Source of the DNA: an uncultured Chthonomonadaceae bacterium
GTDB taxonomy: Bacteria > Armatimonadota > Chthonomonadetes > Chthonomonadales > Chthonomonadaceae
DNA length: 64,000 bases
Reading direction: 5' to 3'
NCBI GenBank assembly: GCA_963835065.1
Contig: CAWIEK010000049.1
Span: forward strand, 704,001-768,000
Shown here piece by piece: positions 49,504 to 59,918 of this stretch. The translations under genes were made by a program, and so were the position numbers. The notes below the pieces were generated by a model that saw only the letters and a program-made list of their open reading frames with translations, was not told where the DNA came from and did not search any database. Position 1 is the first letter of the stretch. Every line of letters begins with the position of its first letter.

Positions 49504-51487
49504 ATGTTTTCCGTTGGTGGAATGAGAACGTTTTTCAATCGTTTCGGCAGTGGCTGCGCGCTGGTGCTGGTACTTGTGTTTGCTATCCCGCTGATTGTCA
49601 ATTTCAGCAGCAACCAGTTGGGCAACCGCGCCCTGCGCAATAATACCAATGCTTCCGGGGGATACGGAGATTGCCACTGTCAACGACCAGCCCATAACTG
49701 AGGCCGAGTTTCGGCAAATGCAGCAAAGCATGGCGCAGCGCCAGGGCAGCGCCGCCCCCGGACGCGGGTATGCGGAACAGCAGGGGCAGGTGATGCAGCA
49801 GTTGATTAGATTGGCTGTGGTCCGGCAGGAAGCGCAGCGCCGCAACGCCCGCCCACTGGAAGCCGATATTGACCGCTCCATTGACCAACTGCGGCAGGCT
49901 GTCGCGCAAAACCAGAACAAAGCCAAATTGTCGGATTCGGAATGGGACGAATTTCTTTCCAGTCGGAACCTGACCGGTTCCGACCTGCGCGAACAGACCG
50001 CCAAAGACCTGATTCCGCAGGCGCTCATCAACAGCCTCAAATCGGAACAAAAAGTCACGGAAGCGGAAGCGCGTAACCAGTACGCGCAGGCGCATTTGAT
50101 GCTGGTGGAAGTGGCCTATCAAGACCCGGCCATGCCGGTCCTTCCCAACCAGAAAACCAAACTGCCCACCGAAGCGGAAGCGCAGAAGAAGGCCAACGAC
50201 CTGCTTGCCAAAGTGAAAGCGGGCGCGAACATGGCGCAAATCGCTGCCGCCAACGCCCCGGACCAGGTCAGCGCCAAGAAAGCCGGCGATATTGGAACCG
50301 TTGCCGAGTATCCCAATCAGGCATCCGGCCAGTTTTCGATGAACCTTCAACTCCTGTATGGCAAGGAGTTGGCCGAAGCCGTTCACAAACTGCAAAAGGG
50401 GCAGTTGACCGGCGTCGTGAAACTTGGCGGGCCACAGCGCGCGTTCGGTTTCGCCCGCCTGGTGGATCGAACCATCAACACGCCAAAAGATTTCGATGTC
50501 AAGAAAGCGATGGCCGCGCTTGCCGAGCAACGCGCCAACACTCAGATTGGCGAACTGGTCAAATCGCTCACCAAATCCGCCAAAATTAACTTCAAAGACC
50601 CGGATAAGAAAGCCTACTACGATCTCGCGGAATTGGACTCCGCGAATCAGCCCAGCATCGAAGACATGATGAGCGGCGTAACGCCGCCCATGCCAGACAA
50701 AGCCGAAACTGAGGCAAAGCAGGCAGTTGTCAACAAAGAATTCGAGGATTTGGCGAAACGGCATCCTGATGATGTGAACGCCATGATTATCGTCGCCGAC
50801 AACCTCAAAGCCGACCCGAAGAAGATGCTGGAACCCGGCGCGCAGGATCGCTTGATTCAGATGGACGAGGCCATTCTCAAGCTGAGTGACGATCAGGACC
50901 GGCGCTTTGAACTCGCCACATTATACCGGGATAAGAAGCAGTACGACAAAGCTAAGGTGCAATATGACCGCATCGCCAAACTGCTGAGTTACAACCCGAC
51001 GTATGACGCCGACTCCATGCAGTCTGCCGCAGAGGTACATAGGAAGCTGGAACAGGGCTACCGGAGCATCAACCAATCCGTAGAAGCGGACAAGGAAAAA
51101 AACACGTTCGACGCCTTGCAGCAGAAAATCACGATGGCAAAGCTCAAGGAGGCCGAGGAGCAGCGCAAGAACAAAACGGGTACGGGTATTTCGCCCAATA
51201 GCACCATTACCCTGCCCCCGGGCGGCAGCGCAACCGTTCCCGCCGGAGCCGACAATCAAGCGCCAATAACCATCACGCCGTCGCCCTCACCGGGTTCCGC
51301 GCCGACAACGCCGGGGGCGCAGACCCCGGCTTCAGGCGCAACGCCTGCTGCTCCATCCGGTTCCGGGCTGAATTTGAACCTGAAACCGACGGGAGCGCCG
51401 ACAGGTGGGACGGGCGCTTCCGCTCCTGCCACGACGGGGAGCGCGCCTGCCAAGCCCGTCCCACCATCGGGCGGCGTGAAGCGCTGA
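49504..51487 (+). CDS. SurA/PrsA/PpiD-like membrane-anchored foldase, apparent frameshift near 49655
   Basis: N-terminal TM in ORF 49504-49701. IATVNDQPIT, parvulin-like AQKKANDLL..GDIG..LQKGQLTGVV and a Pro/Gly-rich tail in ORF 49595-51487. Confidence 0.65.
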
Positions 51488-51494
51488 CGCCGAA

Positions 51495-52277
51495 ATGCGC
51501 CGCGTTCCTGTTCAGCGTTCGCCTGCCACTCCTGAAAAGCAAGTGGCAGGCGAATCCGATACTGATGTTTCTTCCGCGCCATCCTCGCCGGGAACCTTTT
51601 ACCTGATTCCCGTGCCGATTGGCAATGCCGAAGACATCAGCCTGCGTGCCCTGCGTATTTTGCGCGGGGCAGCCACCATTCTGGCAGAAAACCCCGCCGT
51701 TTCCCGCCGCCTGTTACTCGAATGGGACATTAACGCCCGCCTGCTTCGTTATGGAGGCAGGGAAGCCGGGCAGCGAGTCACAGAACTCATAGCAACGCTG
51801 AACGCAGGCGGGAACGTTGCCCTGATTTGCGACGCCGGTACGCCGGGAATCGCAGACTCGTGCCTGCCACTCGTTCGCGCTGTTCTTGAGCGGGGCTTGC
51901 AGGTCACATCTCTTCCCGGCCCCTCCGCCGTTCTGGTTGCCCTGACCGCTTCCGGGCTGCCGACAGACCGCTTTGTCTTTGATGGGTTTCCGCCCCGCCA
52001 TGCCGCGCAGCGTACCGACTTTTTCCATCGTCTCGCGCAGGAAGAGCGTACCATTGTGCTGTATGAGTTCCCCGCCGGTCTCCCTTCCACCCTGCTTGCT
52101 TTGGAACAGGCGCTTGGTTCGCAGCGCGCAATAGCGCTGGCTTACAACCTGACAAAACCGAGTGAAGCCTGGCTGCGCGGCACAATCGAATCGGCGCTTG
52201 CAGCCATTCATGCTAACACATTCAGAAATTGTTCTCGTGGCGAGTACACGCTTGTAATCGCGGGCTGTCGTTCCTGA
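51495..52277 (+). CDS. rsmI: 16S rRNA (cytidine1402-2'-O)-methyltransferase-like
   Basis: PVPIGNAEDISLRAL, DAGTPGIAD, LPGPSA, SGLPTDRFVFDGF, LTK. Somewhat divergent. Confidence 0.8.
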   Translation: MRRVPVQRSPATPEKQVAGESDTDVSSAPSSPGTFYLIPVPIGNAEDISLRALRILRGAATILAENPAVSRRLLLEWDINARLLRYGGREAGQRVTELIATLNAGGNVALICDAGTPGIADSCLPLVRAVLERGLQVTSLPGPSAVLVALTASGLPTDRFVFDGFPPRHAAQRTDFFHRLAQEERTIVLYEFPAGLPSTLLALEQALGSQRAIALAYNLTKPSEAWLRGTIESALAAIHANTFRNCSRGEYTLVIAGCRS

Positions 52278-52515
52278 AGCAAAGTCAGGCGCGTAAGCCG
52301 CTTACTGCTTTCGTGAGCGCGGCAGGGAAGTTCCCAAAGCAAGTTTGCATATATTTCCTGTTTTGACCGATTTACAGTAAGATTGACGATGCTTTTCCTG
52401 CGAAAATGCCTTATAATGTACGTGGAAATTGCCCACTTGCCTCCTGTCGCTGAGGCGCGGCGGAGTTCGTGACAATTTTCAAAAATATTTTCGTTTTCGG
52501 GTCAAAAACTCGATT

Positions 52516-52532
52516 CTGGCATGAAACTTGCA
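52516..52532 (+). promoter_or_regulatory. Putative sigma54 (-24/-12) promoter
   Basis: CTGGCATGAAACTTGCA matches YTGGCACG-N4-TTGCW at the correct spacing. Confidence 0.6.
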
Positions 52533-52646
52533 ATACTTACTATTGAGGAAGCGTTTCCAGCCCATCTCGCAGGCGCAGTCGGTTTCGTCAATTGTTGCTT
52601 TTCGCCGAGCAGTTCCTTAACCTGTACAAACAGGATCAATTTTTAG

Positions 52647-53546
52647 ATGGATATAAGGAGCATGTCTCCCATGGAAACTCTTCGCGAAAGCCAGCCCACC
52701 CTTGTTCTTGTCGGGCTTGAACAGGAACCCGGTTCCCGACTGCAGGATAAAAGCGCAGCCGAACGGATGATTTCGGAGCGAAGCGCGCCTGTACCGACTG
52801 TTCCGGCGGCCTATTTGCCCATTACAACGCATCTGCCTCATCAATCCAGTCAAACGGAGACGGCATTGCTTTATCAGGATACACCCAGTTTACAAAACCG
52901 ATTTAAGCGTGACTTCGCAGACCCGTTGTTTCCCTGCAAGCCCGTTCCCTACGCAACCGTAAAACGTTTTTTCGACATCGTTTTGTCGCTGTGCTTTCTG
53001 CTTGTGTGTTCTCCCATCCTGCTGCTGACCGCGCTGCTGATTAAACTGACCTCGCGCGGCCCGGTGTTTTTCAAGCAGGTGCGCGTGGGACAGAGTGGCC
53101 GCCATTTCTGGTGCTACAAATTCCGCAGCATGTGCGTGGACGCCGAAGAAAAGAAACAGTTGTTGATGCACCTCAACGAAGCGTCCGGCCCGGTTTTCAA
53201 AATCAAGCGCGACCCGCGCGTTACGCCCATCGGCAGCTTCATTCGCAAACTCAGCATTGATGAGTTTCCGCAATTTTTCAATGTGCTTTCCGGGGATATG
53301 TCCATTGTCGGCCCGCGTCCGCCCCTCCCTTCCGAGGTATCCACCTACACCGCTTATCAGCGTGGCCGGCTGGCCGTGCGTCCGGGTCTGACCTGTTTGT
53401 GGCAGGTAAGCGGGCGCAGCAACATTTCCTTCGAGCGCTGGGTGGAACTGGACCTGCTGTACATCGAAACCATGTCCTTCACCAATGATGTCAAAATCGT
53501 GCTGAAAACCATTCCCGCCGTCCTCAAAGGGTCGGGAGCGCATTGA
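52647..53546 (+). CDS. Bacterial sugar transferase (polyprenyl-phosphate priming glycosyltransferase)
   Basis: KRFFDI, KFRSM, DPRVT, SIDEFPQFFNVL.GDMSIVGPRP, PGLTCLWQVSGR. Confidence 0.93.
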   Translation: MDIRSMSPMETLRESQPTLVLVGLEQEPGSRLQDKSAAERMISERSAPVPTVPAAYLPITTHLPHQSSQTETALLYQDTPSLQNRFKRDFADPLFPCKPVPYATVKRFFDIVLSLCFLLVCSPILLLTALLIKLTSRGPVFFKQVRVGQSGRHFWCYKFRSMCVDAEEKKQLLMHLNEASGPVFKIKRDPRVTPIGSFIRKLSIDEFPQFFNVLSGDMSIVGPRPPLPSEVSTYTAYQRGRLAVRPGLTCLWQVSGRSNISFERWVELDLLYIETMSFTNDVKIVLKTIPAVLKGSGAH

Positions 53547-53551
53547 CAATT

Positions 53552-53667
53552 TAGGTAGTCAGGTGTCAGGGTTCAGGTAGTCAGGTACTCGGTTGTTGAC
53601 TGACCGGGCGAAGAACTTGCTGTACTTTTGCATTCCTGATACCGATCCCTGAACACCTGAACACCTA
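53552..53667. repeat. Inverted pair of TCAGGT-type arms
   Basis: aggtagtcaggtgtcagggttcaggtagtcagg ... cctgataccgatccctgaacacctgaacacct. Confidence 0.75.
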
Positions 53668-53673
53668 TCTTTT

Positions 53674-54483
53674 ATGCCTGCCATCGGCGTCATTTATCTA
53701 GCCTGGGTTCCGCTCGGATTGCCGCCCCTTGAACGCTTCCTCGCCTCTTACCGCCATTATCCCGCCGGGTTGTCGCACGATCTGATTGTCGTTTGTAACG
53801 GGTATCAGAACGTGTCGGAGCTTGCTGTCTATCAGGAGCGGCTTCAGGACATGCCGTATTTACTGCATTCCATCGAAACGCCGCAGCAGGATATTGCGAG
53901 TTACCTTGCCGCCGCGCGTACATTTTCGCATGACTATCTCTGCTTCCTGAACTCCTACAGCGAACTGCAAGCGCCGGACTGGCTCCAAAAATTGTACAAC
54001 CCGTTTTCCAATCCATCCGTCGGACTTGTGGGCGCGACGGGATCGTGGGAAACGCGGCAAATCGTGGTTCCCCTGCGCAATCTGCGCACCTGGCTGGCTT
54101 ATCGCCTGCATAATCGCCGCTGGCCCGCCTTTCCCAACCCGCACATCCGCTCCACCGGCTTCCTGCTGGCGCGAGAAACCATGCTGCGATTGTCCCTGCC
54201 GCCTATTCAGACCAAAGAGGATGCCTACCACTTTGAACACGGCTTCCACAGCATGACGCGCCAGATTCAAGGCTGGAACCTCGACGTTCTGTTGGTGGAT
54301 AAAGAGGGGCGGGCGTTTGCGCCGGAGGAATGGCCGCAAACTCGCACATTTCGTTCCGGGGATCAAAGCCAACTTTTGATCACCGACAATCGCACTCAGT
54401 TGTATCGTGACGGCGACCTTGCCACAAAACGTGACATGACGCGGCAGGCGTGGGGCAGTTCGGCTCTGCCCCTTAGCGAGTAG
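53674..54483 (+). CDS. Hypothetical glycosyltransferase-like protein
   Basis: Position in polysaccharide cluster. CFLNSYS, VGLVGATGS, FPNPHIRS. Confidence 0.55.
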   Translation: MPAIGVIYLAWVPLGLPPLERFLASYRHYPAGLSHDLIVVCNGYQNVSELAVYQERLQDMPYLLHSIETPQQDIASYLAAARTFSHDYLCFLNSYSELQAPDWLQKLYNPFSNPSVGLVGATGSWETRQIVVPLRNLRTWLAYRLHNRRWPAFPNPHIRSTGFLLARETMLRLSLPPIQTKEDAYHFEHGFHSMTRQIQGWNLDVLLVDKEGRAFAPEEWPQTRTFRSGDQSQLLITDNRTQLYRDGDLATKRDMTRQAWGSSALPLSE

Positions 54484-54692
54484 AAATACAAGAAAAAACA
54501 CGAGAGAAAACTAACATTGGTGAGAATTTTCCTGAACGGTTTGCAGGGCAAAGCGGCGCAAGCGTGGTACAATGGTAGTGGTTTTTGCGTATCGCTGTGG
54601 TTTCATCCTTTCGGCGGCAGGCGGCGCTTGCCCCTTCTTTGCCGACAGAATACTGAAAAAGATGCTGTGTTTTGTTTCAAGGAGTTTTCGCA

Positions 54693-55508
54693 TTGGATCC
54701 CAACTTATCCCCTACCCCTACCGCCGCGCCCGTTGCCTCTGTTCCTGCCGCCGCCGAAACCGCGACGCCGGTTGTCAATCGCCGCCTTTCCCGCCTGGCG
54801 CGGACACAGCGCGAATACACGCTGTCCGTCCTGATTCCCGTTTACAACGAAGTGAACACGCTGCTGGAACTTCTTGACCGCGTAAGGGATGTGGAAATCA
54901 CTAAAGAAATCATTCTGGTGGACGATGGCAGCACGGACGGGACGCGCGACCTGATGCGAACGCAAATCGAAGGCCAGTTCCCCGATGTAAAGGTGTTTTA
55001 TCACGAACAAAACATGGGCAAAGGCGCGGCGATACGCACGGCGATTGCGCAGGCAACGGGCGATTACCTGATTGTGCAGGACGCGGATTTGGAGTATGAT
55101 CCCCGCGAATACTATACTCTGCTGGAACCACTCTTGGATGGGCGGGCGGATGTGGTTTACGGCAGCCGCTTCCTGGGTGGCGGGGCGCACCGGGTTCATT
55201 TCTTTTGGCATCGCGTCGGCAATGGCCTGCTCACGCTGCTGTCCAATATGCTGACAAACCTGAACCTGACCGATATGGAAGTGTGCTACAAAGTGTTCAA
55301 GCGCGAAGTGCTGCAAAGCATCACCCTGCGCTGCAACAAATTCGATTTTGAACCCGAAGTCACGGCCAAAGTCGCCAAAAAACACTATCGCATCTACGAA
55401 GTGCCCATCAGCTACTCTGGCCGCGATTACGAAGAAGGCAAAAAGATCGGCTGGCGTGACGGCGTTCAAGCCATCTGGACGATCTTGAAGTATAAGTTTA
55501 CGGATTAG
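54693..55508 (+). CDS. GT2 family (DPM1-like) glycosyltransferase
   Basis: [47 protein letters not shown] start after AAGGAG. Confidence 0.93.
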   Translation: MDPNLSPTPTAAPVASVPAAAETATPVVNRRLSRLARTQREYTLSVLIPVYNEVNTLLELLDRVRDVEITKEIILVDDGSTDGTRDLMRTQIEGQFPDVKVFYHEQNMGKGAAIRTAIAQATGDYLIVQDADLEYDPREYYTLLEPLLDGRADVVYGSRFLGGGAHRVHFFWHRVGNGLLTLLSNMLTNLNLTDMEVCYKVFKREVLQSITLRCNKFDFEPEVTAKVAKKHYRIYEVPISYSGRDYEEGKKIGWRDGVQAIWTILKYKFTD

Positions 55509-55511
55509 GAG

Positions 55512-55628
55512 GGGGAAGATAAGAGATAAGAGATAAGAGATAAGAGGCACATGTTGCCAATATTCTGCCAACTGTAAATAGAAGGTGTATGCACTCTTAT
55601 CTTATATCTCTTATCTCTTATCTTCCCC
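55512..55628. repeat. Inverted pair of (AGATAAG)n arms
   Basis: 55512-55546 vs 55594-55628. Confidence 0.9.
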
Positions 55629-55644
55629 TTACGGGGAGTTCCAC

Positions 55645-56619
55645 ATGATACTGGTAACGGGTGGCGCGGGTTATATCGGCAGCCATTATGTTCAATATGC
55701 TTTGGAGCAGGGCGAACAGGTTGTCGTATTGGACAATCTGGCGTATGGGCATAAGGAAGCCGTGCCGGAAGGCGTTCCTTTTGTGGATGGCGACATGGGC
55801 GACGCGGCCCTGCTCGACAAAATCTTTACCGAACATTCCATTGATGCGGTTGTGCATTTCGCCGCGTATGCGTATGTCGGCGAGTCGGTGACGGACCCTT
55901 CCAAGTATTACAACAACAATACATGCGCGGCCCTCGCCGTTCTGGACGCCATGCGCCGCCACAATGCCAAGCATTTTGTGTTCTCCTCGACCTGCGCCAC
56001 GTATGGCAACCCGCAGTACGTGCCGATGGACGAGAAGCACCCGCAGGCTCCCATCAATCCTTACGGCGAAAGCAAGTTTTTCGTAGAGCATATCCTCAAA
56101 GCCTACGACCACGCTTACGGCCTGCGCTTCACCGCCCTGCGCTACTTCAATGCGGCGGGCGCGGATCCACAGGGGCGTATCGGGGAAAGCCATGAACCGG
56201 AAACACATCTCATCCCGCTGATTTTGCAGGTGGCAGCGGGAACCCGTGACCACATCGGCATTTTCGGCACGGACTACGACACGCCGGACGGAACCTGCAT
56301 CCGCGATTATATCCACATTCTGGATTTGGCGCAGGCGCACTCCCTTGCTCTGAAGCGCCTGCGCGACGGGCATGAAAGCGCGTTTTACAATCTCGGCAGC
56401 GAGCAGGGCTATTCGGTGCGGGAAGTGATTGCGGCCTGCGAAAAGGTCTCCGGCAAACCGGTTCGCGTCATGGAAGGCCCGCGCCGCGCCGGCGATCCGC
56501 CTCGCCTGGTTGCCAGCGCGGGCAAAGCCAAAAGCGAACTCGGCTGGACGCCCCGCTTCCAAAACATGGAAGAAATCATCGCCACCGCCTGGAATTGGGA
56601 ACAGCACCGCCGCTACTAA
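55645..56619 (+). CDS. galE: UDP-glucose 4-epimerase
   Basis: ILVTGGAGYIGSH, HFAA.A.VGES, YGESK, LRYFNAAG, TPDGTCIRDYIH. Confidence 0.95.
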   Translation: MILVTGGAGYIGSHYVQYALEQGEQVVVLDNLAYGHKEAVPEGVPFVDGDMGDAALLDKIFTEHSIDAVVHFAAYAYVGESVTDPSKYYNNNTCAALAVLDAMRRHNAKHFVFSSTCATYGNPQYVPMDEKHPQAPINPYGESKFFVEHILKAYDHAYGLRFTALRYFNAAGADPQGRIGESHEPETHLIPLILQVAAGTRDHIGIFGTDYDTPDGTCIRDYIHILDLAQAHSLALKRLRDGHESAFYNLGSEQGYSVREVIAACEKVSGKPVRVMEGPRRAGDPPRLVASAGKAKSELGWTPRFQNMEEIIATAWNWEQHRRY

Positions 56620-56715
56620 AGTTTTACGCCGTTTCTGCCGCAAATAAACGCAGTGGGACGCAAACACAACGCGCCCTAAATCCAAGCACGGCTACAAGAA
56701 CGATAGGAACACGTT

Positions 56716-57609
56716 ATGAAGGGAATTGTGCTGGCGGGCGGGAGTGGAACGCGCCTGTACCCGGTGACGCAGGCTATCTCCAAGCAGATGCTGCCCATCT
56801 ACGACAAGCCGATGATCTATTATCCGCTGTCCACGCTGATGCTTGCCGGAGTGCGCGACATTCTGCTGATTTCCACGCCGCAGGATTTGCCGATGTTTGA
56901 GCGTCTGTTAGGGGATGGCAGCCAGTACGGCATCAATCTATCGTATGCGGAGCAGCCCCGCCCCGAAGGATTGGCGCAGGCGTTCCACATCGGCAAGCAG
57001 TTTGTAAACGGTGGCCCGGCCTGCCTGGTTCTGGGCGATAACATCTTCTTTGGACACGGCCTGCCCGAACAACTGCGCGCGGCAGCCAAACGTCCGACCG
57101 GGGCCACTATCTTCGGCTACTATGTGAAAGACCCGGAGCGCTACGGCGTCATGGAATTCGATGCGCAGGGACGGGTCATTTCGCTGGAAGAAAAGCCCGC
57201 CAATCCCAAGTCCGATTATGCCGTCGTGGGCCTGTATTTTTACGATAATCAGATTACGGATATTGCCGCGTCCATCAAGCCTTCGGCGCGCGGCGAACTG
57301 GAAATCACGGATGTCAACAAAGTGTATCTGGAGCAGGGATCGCTTCACGCCGATTTGTTCGGCAGGGGCATCGCCTGGCTGGATACCGGAACCCACGAGT
57401 CGCTGCTGCAAGCCAGCAACTTCGTGGAGGCCATCGAGCAGCGTCAGGGCTTGCAAGTGGCCTGCCCGGAAGAAATCGCCTACCAATGCGGATGGATCAC
57501 CGCCGATCAGGTAATGGAGCAAGTCGCCCGCCTGGGCAAAACCGAATACGCCAAATATCTGGTGCGTTTAATCGCGGAAAAGCATCTGCCCCGAACATCA
57601 GGGGAATAG
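56716..57609 (+). CDS. rfbA: Glucose-1-phosphate thymidylyltransferase
   Basis: [35 protein letters not shown]. Confidence 0.97.
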   Translation: MKGIVLAGGSGTRLYPVTQAISKQMLPIYDKPMIYYPLSTLMLAGVRDILLISTPQDLPMFERLLGDGSQYGINLSYAEQPRPEGLAQAFHIGKQFVNGGPACLVLGDNIFFGHGLPEQLRAAAKRPTGATIFGYYVKDPERYGVMEFDAQGRVISLEEKPANPKSDYAVVGLYFYDNQITDIAASIKPSARGELEITDVNKVYLEQGSLHADLFGRGIAWLDTGTHESLLQASNFVEAIEQRQGLQVACPEEIAYQCGWITADQVMEQVARLGKTEYAKYLVRLIAEKHLPRTSGE

Positions 57610-57730
57610 GTGTTCAGGTATTCGGGTATTCAGGTGTTCACGCACTAAATTACTGACTTTGCCGCGCCTTAGCAACCGACTATACCTTTGTATTTCCTGA
57701 ACACCCGAACACCTGAATACCTGAACACCT
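57608..57730. repeat. Inverted pair of (CAGGT[G/A]TT)n octamer arms
   Basis: 57608-57640 vs 57698-57730. Begins in the rfbA TAG. Confidence 0.9.
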
Positions 57731-57762
57731 GAATACCGACTTATCAAGGACAACGCTAAAAT

Positions 57763-58230
57763 ATGAGTACATTAGAAATGGAAGTTACCATTCCGGGCGT
57801 GATTGTGAAGCCGCTGCGCAAGTTTACCGACCCGCGCGGCTGGCTGATGGAACTGTATCGTGACGACGAACTGCCCGAAGGCTTTAAGCCGGTCATGGGC
57901 TATCTTTCCCTGACGCATCCCGGCGTGGCGCGCGGTCCGCATGAGCATCGGGATCAGGCGGACGGCTTTGTGTTTTTGTCGGGAACTTATGAAGTGACGC
58001 TGTGGGAAAATCGGCCAGGCAGGGAACACGTCAAGCAGGTGCTGACGGTGGGCGTGGACAATCCTATCTTTCTGGTTGTGCCGCCCGGCGTGGTACATGC
58101 GTATCGCAACGTCGGCGAACAGGACGCCACTGTTCTCAACTTCCCGGACCAACTGTACGCCGGATGGGGCAAAAAAGAGCCGGTGGACGAAATCCGCCAC
58201 GAAGAAATCGATTCGGAGTTCAAACTGTGA
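57763..58230 (+). CDS. rfbC: dTDP-4-dehydrorhamnose 3,5-epimerase family cupin
   Basis: DPRGWLMEL, GVARGPHEH, VPPGVVHAY. Lies between rfbA and rfbB. Confidence 0.8.
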   Translation: MSTLEMEVTIPGVIVKPLRKFTDPRGWLMELYRDDELPEGFKPVMGYLSLTHPGVARGPHEHRDQADGFVFLSGTYEVTLWENRPGREHVKQVLTVGVDNPIFLVVPPGVVHAYRNVGEQDATVLNFPDQLYAGWGKKEPVDEIRHEEIDSEFKL

Positions 58231-59327
58231 GTGATTCAACTTCCACGCCGGCCACTGCGCCCGCATCTGTGGACGCCAACGCCGCTAAAACCGTTCTCGT
58301 GACGGGTGGCGCGGGCTTTATCGGCAGCAATTATTGTCGCTACGTGCTGCAAAAGCATCCCAATTACCGCGTCATTGTTGTGGATGCCCTGACGTATGCG
58401 GGCAACCTGTCCACAATGGCCGACATGCAGCATGACCCGGCAACCGCCAATCGCTTCCGCTTTTATCCCGGCAAAATTCAGGATGAGACGGTTATCAATG
58501 GCATCATCAAGGCGGAAAAGATAGATTACATCGTCAACTTTGCCGCCGAGTCGCACAATGACCGCTCCATTCTGGAACCCGGCAGCTTTATCCAAACCGA
58601 TGTGTACGGCGTGTTCACCCTTTTGGACGCCACCAAACACAATCATGTAGACAAACTTCTTCATGTGTCTACGGACGAGGTCTACGGCACGATTGACGAC
58701 GGCCAATTCACGGAACAATCGCCTATTGAGCCGAACACGCCCTACTCGGCAAGCAAAGCCGGCGGCGAAATGCAGGTACGCGCCCATCGTATCACGTATG
58801 GGACGCCCGCGCTCGTCACCCGCTGCGGCAACAATTTCGGGCCGTTCCAGTACCCGGAAAAACTGATCCCCTTCTTTGTCACGCGCCTGATTGACGACAA
58901 GAAGGTTCCCCTGTACGGCACGGGTCAGCAGGTGCGCGACTGGGTGTATGTCATGGATCACTGCTCCGGCATTGACCATGTGCTGCATTACGGCACGTTG
59001 GGCGAAGCGTACAACGTCGGCTCGGACGGCGAATGTACCAATATGGAGATCACGCAGCGCCTGCTCCAACTGCTCGACAAACCCGAAAGCCTGATTAAGT
59101 ACATCGGCGACCCACGCGGCGGCGCCCACGACAAGCGCTACAGCATCAACGCCGACAAGTTGAAGTCACTTGGCTGGAAATCCGCTTACGACTTTGACAC
59201 CGCCCTGGAGCAAACCGTTCGCTGGTACGTAGACAATCAGCAATGGTGGCGCGACATCATCGCCACCTCGGATTATCAGGATTTCGTCAAGCGGTTTTAT
59301 GGCAAGTATCTGGGGGAAGATTTGTAA
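58227..59327 (+). CDS. rfbB: dTDP-glucose 4,6-dehydratase
   Basis: VTGGAGFIGSN, DALTYAGN, NFAAESHNDRSI, STDEVYG, YSASK, QYPEKLIP. GTGA overlap start. Confidence 0.95.
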   Translation: MSDSTSTPATAPASVDANAAKTVLVTGGAGFIGSNYCRYVLQKHPNYRVIVVDALTYAGNLSTMADMQHDPATANRFRFYPGKIQDETVINGIIKAEKIDYIVNFAAESHNDRSILEPGSFIQTDVYGVFTLLDATKHNHVDKLLHVSTDEVYGTIDDGQFTEQSPIEPNTPYSASKAGGEMQVRAHRITYGTPALVTRCGNNFGPFQYPEKLIPFFVTRLIDDKKVPLYGTGQQVRDWVYVMDHCSGIDHVLHYGTLGEAYNVGSDGECTNMEITQRLLQLLDKPESLIKYIGDPRGGAHDKRYSINADKLKSLGWKSAYDFDTALEQTVRWYVDNQQWWRDIIATSDYQDFVKRFYGKYLGEDL

Positions 59328-59428
59328 GGTTTCAGGTATCAGGTGTCAGGTGTCAGGTGTCAGGAACGCATTTCTTCTATATTGTACATAACAGTAGCAT
59401 TGTCCTGAAACCTGAAACCTGAAACCTA
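59326..59428. repeat. Inverted pair of (TCAGGT[G/T])n / (CCTGAAA)n arms
   Basis: Begins at the rfbB TAA. Confidence 0.85.
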
Positions 59429-59438
59429 CGGAGTTTGC

Positions 59439-59912
59439 ATGGCCCGCGTAGAAACGGATTGGGACGCTTTGCGCGTACTGATAGAAGAACGGCGTAAGCG
59501 GGGTGAGCGTATCGTTACGACGAACGGCGTTTTTGATCTGCTGCACGTGGGGCATGTGCGCTATTTACGGCAGGCGCGGCAGTTGGGCGACGCCTTAGTT
59601 GTCGGCGTGAATTCCGACGCCTGTACGCGGCGCTTGAAGGGGGATTCGCGCCCGCTTGTGCCGGAGGCTGAACGCATGGAAGTGCTGGCCGCGCTGTCCT
59701 GCGTGGATTACGTCACCGTCTTTGATGAGCCGACACCGAATGAATGGCTTGCGGTTGTGCGTCCCGACATTCATGCCAAGGGTGGCGATTACGATGTGGA
59801 AGCCATGCCGGAAACACTTTTGGTACGCTCGTGGGGCGGGCAGGTCGTTGCCTTGCCCTTTGTGCCTGACCATTCTACAAGCCGCTTGATTGAACGCATG
59901 GAAGCGAAATAA
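59439..59912 (+). CDS. rfaE2: RfaE domain II-like nucleotidyltransferase (heptose-1-phosphate adenylyltransferase family)
   Basis: TNGVFDLLHVGH, VGVNSD, LKGDSRP, KGGDY, STS. Confidence 0.85.
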   Translation: MARVETDWDALRVLIEERRKRGERIVTTNGVFDLLHVGHVRYLRQARQLGDALVVGVNSDACTRRLKGDSRPLVPEAERMEVLAALSCVDYVTVFDEPTPNEWLAVVRPDIHAKGGDYDVEAMPETLLVRSWGGQVVALPFVPDHSTSRLIERMEAK

Positions 59913-59918
59913 CCAGCC

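Noticed and set aside
52467..52484. Rex-box-like sequence upstream of the sugar transferase
   Set aside because: Only a partial match in AT-rich DNA and not distinguishable from chance.
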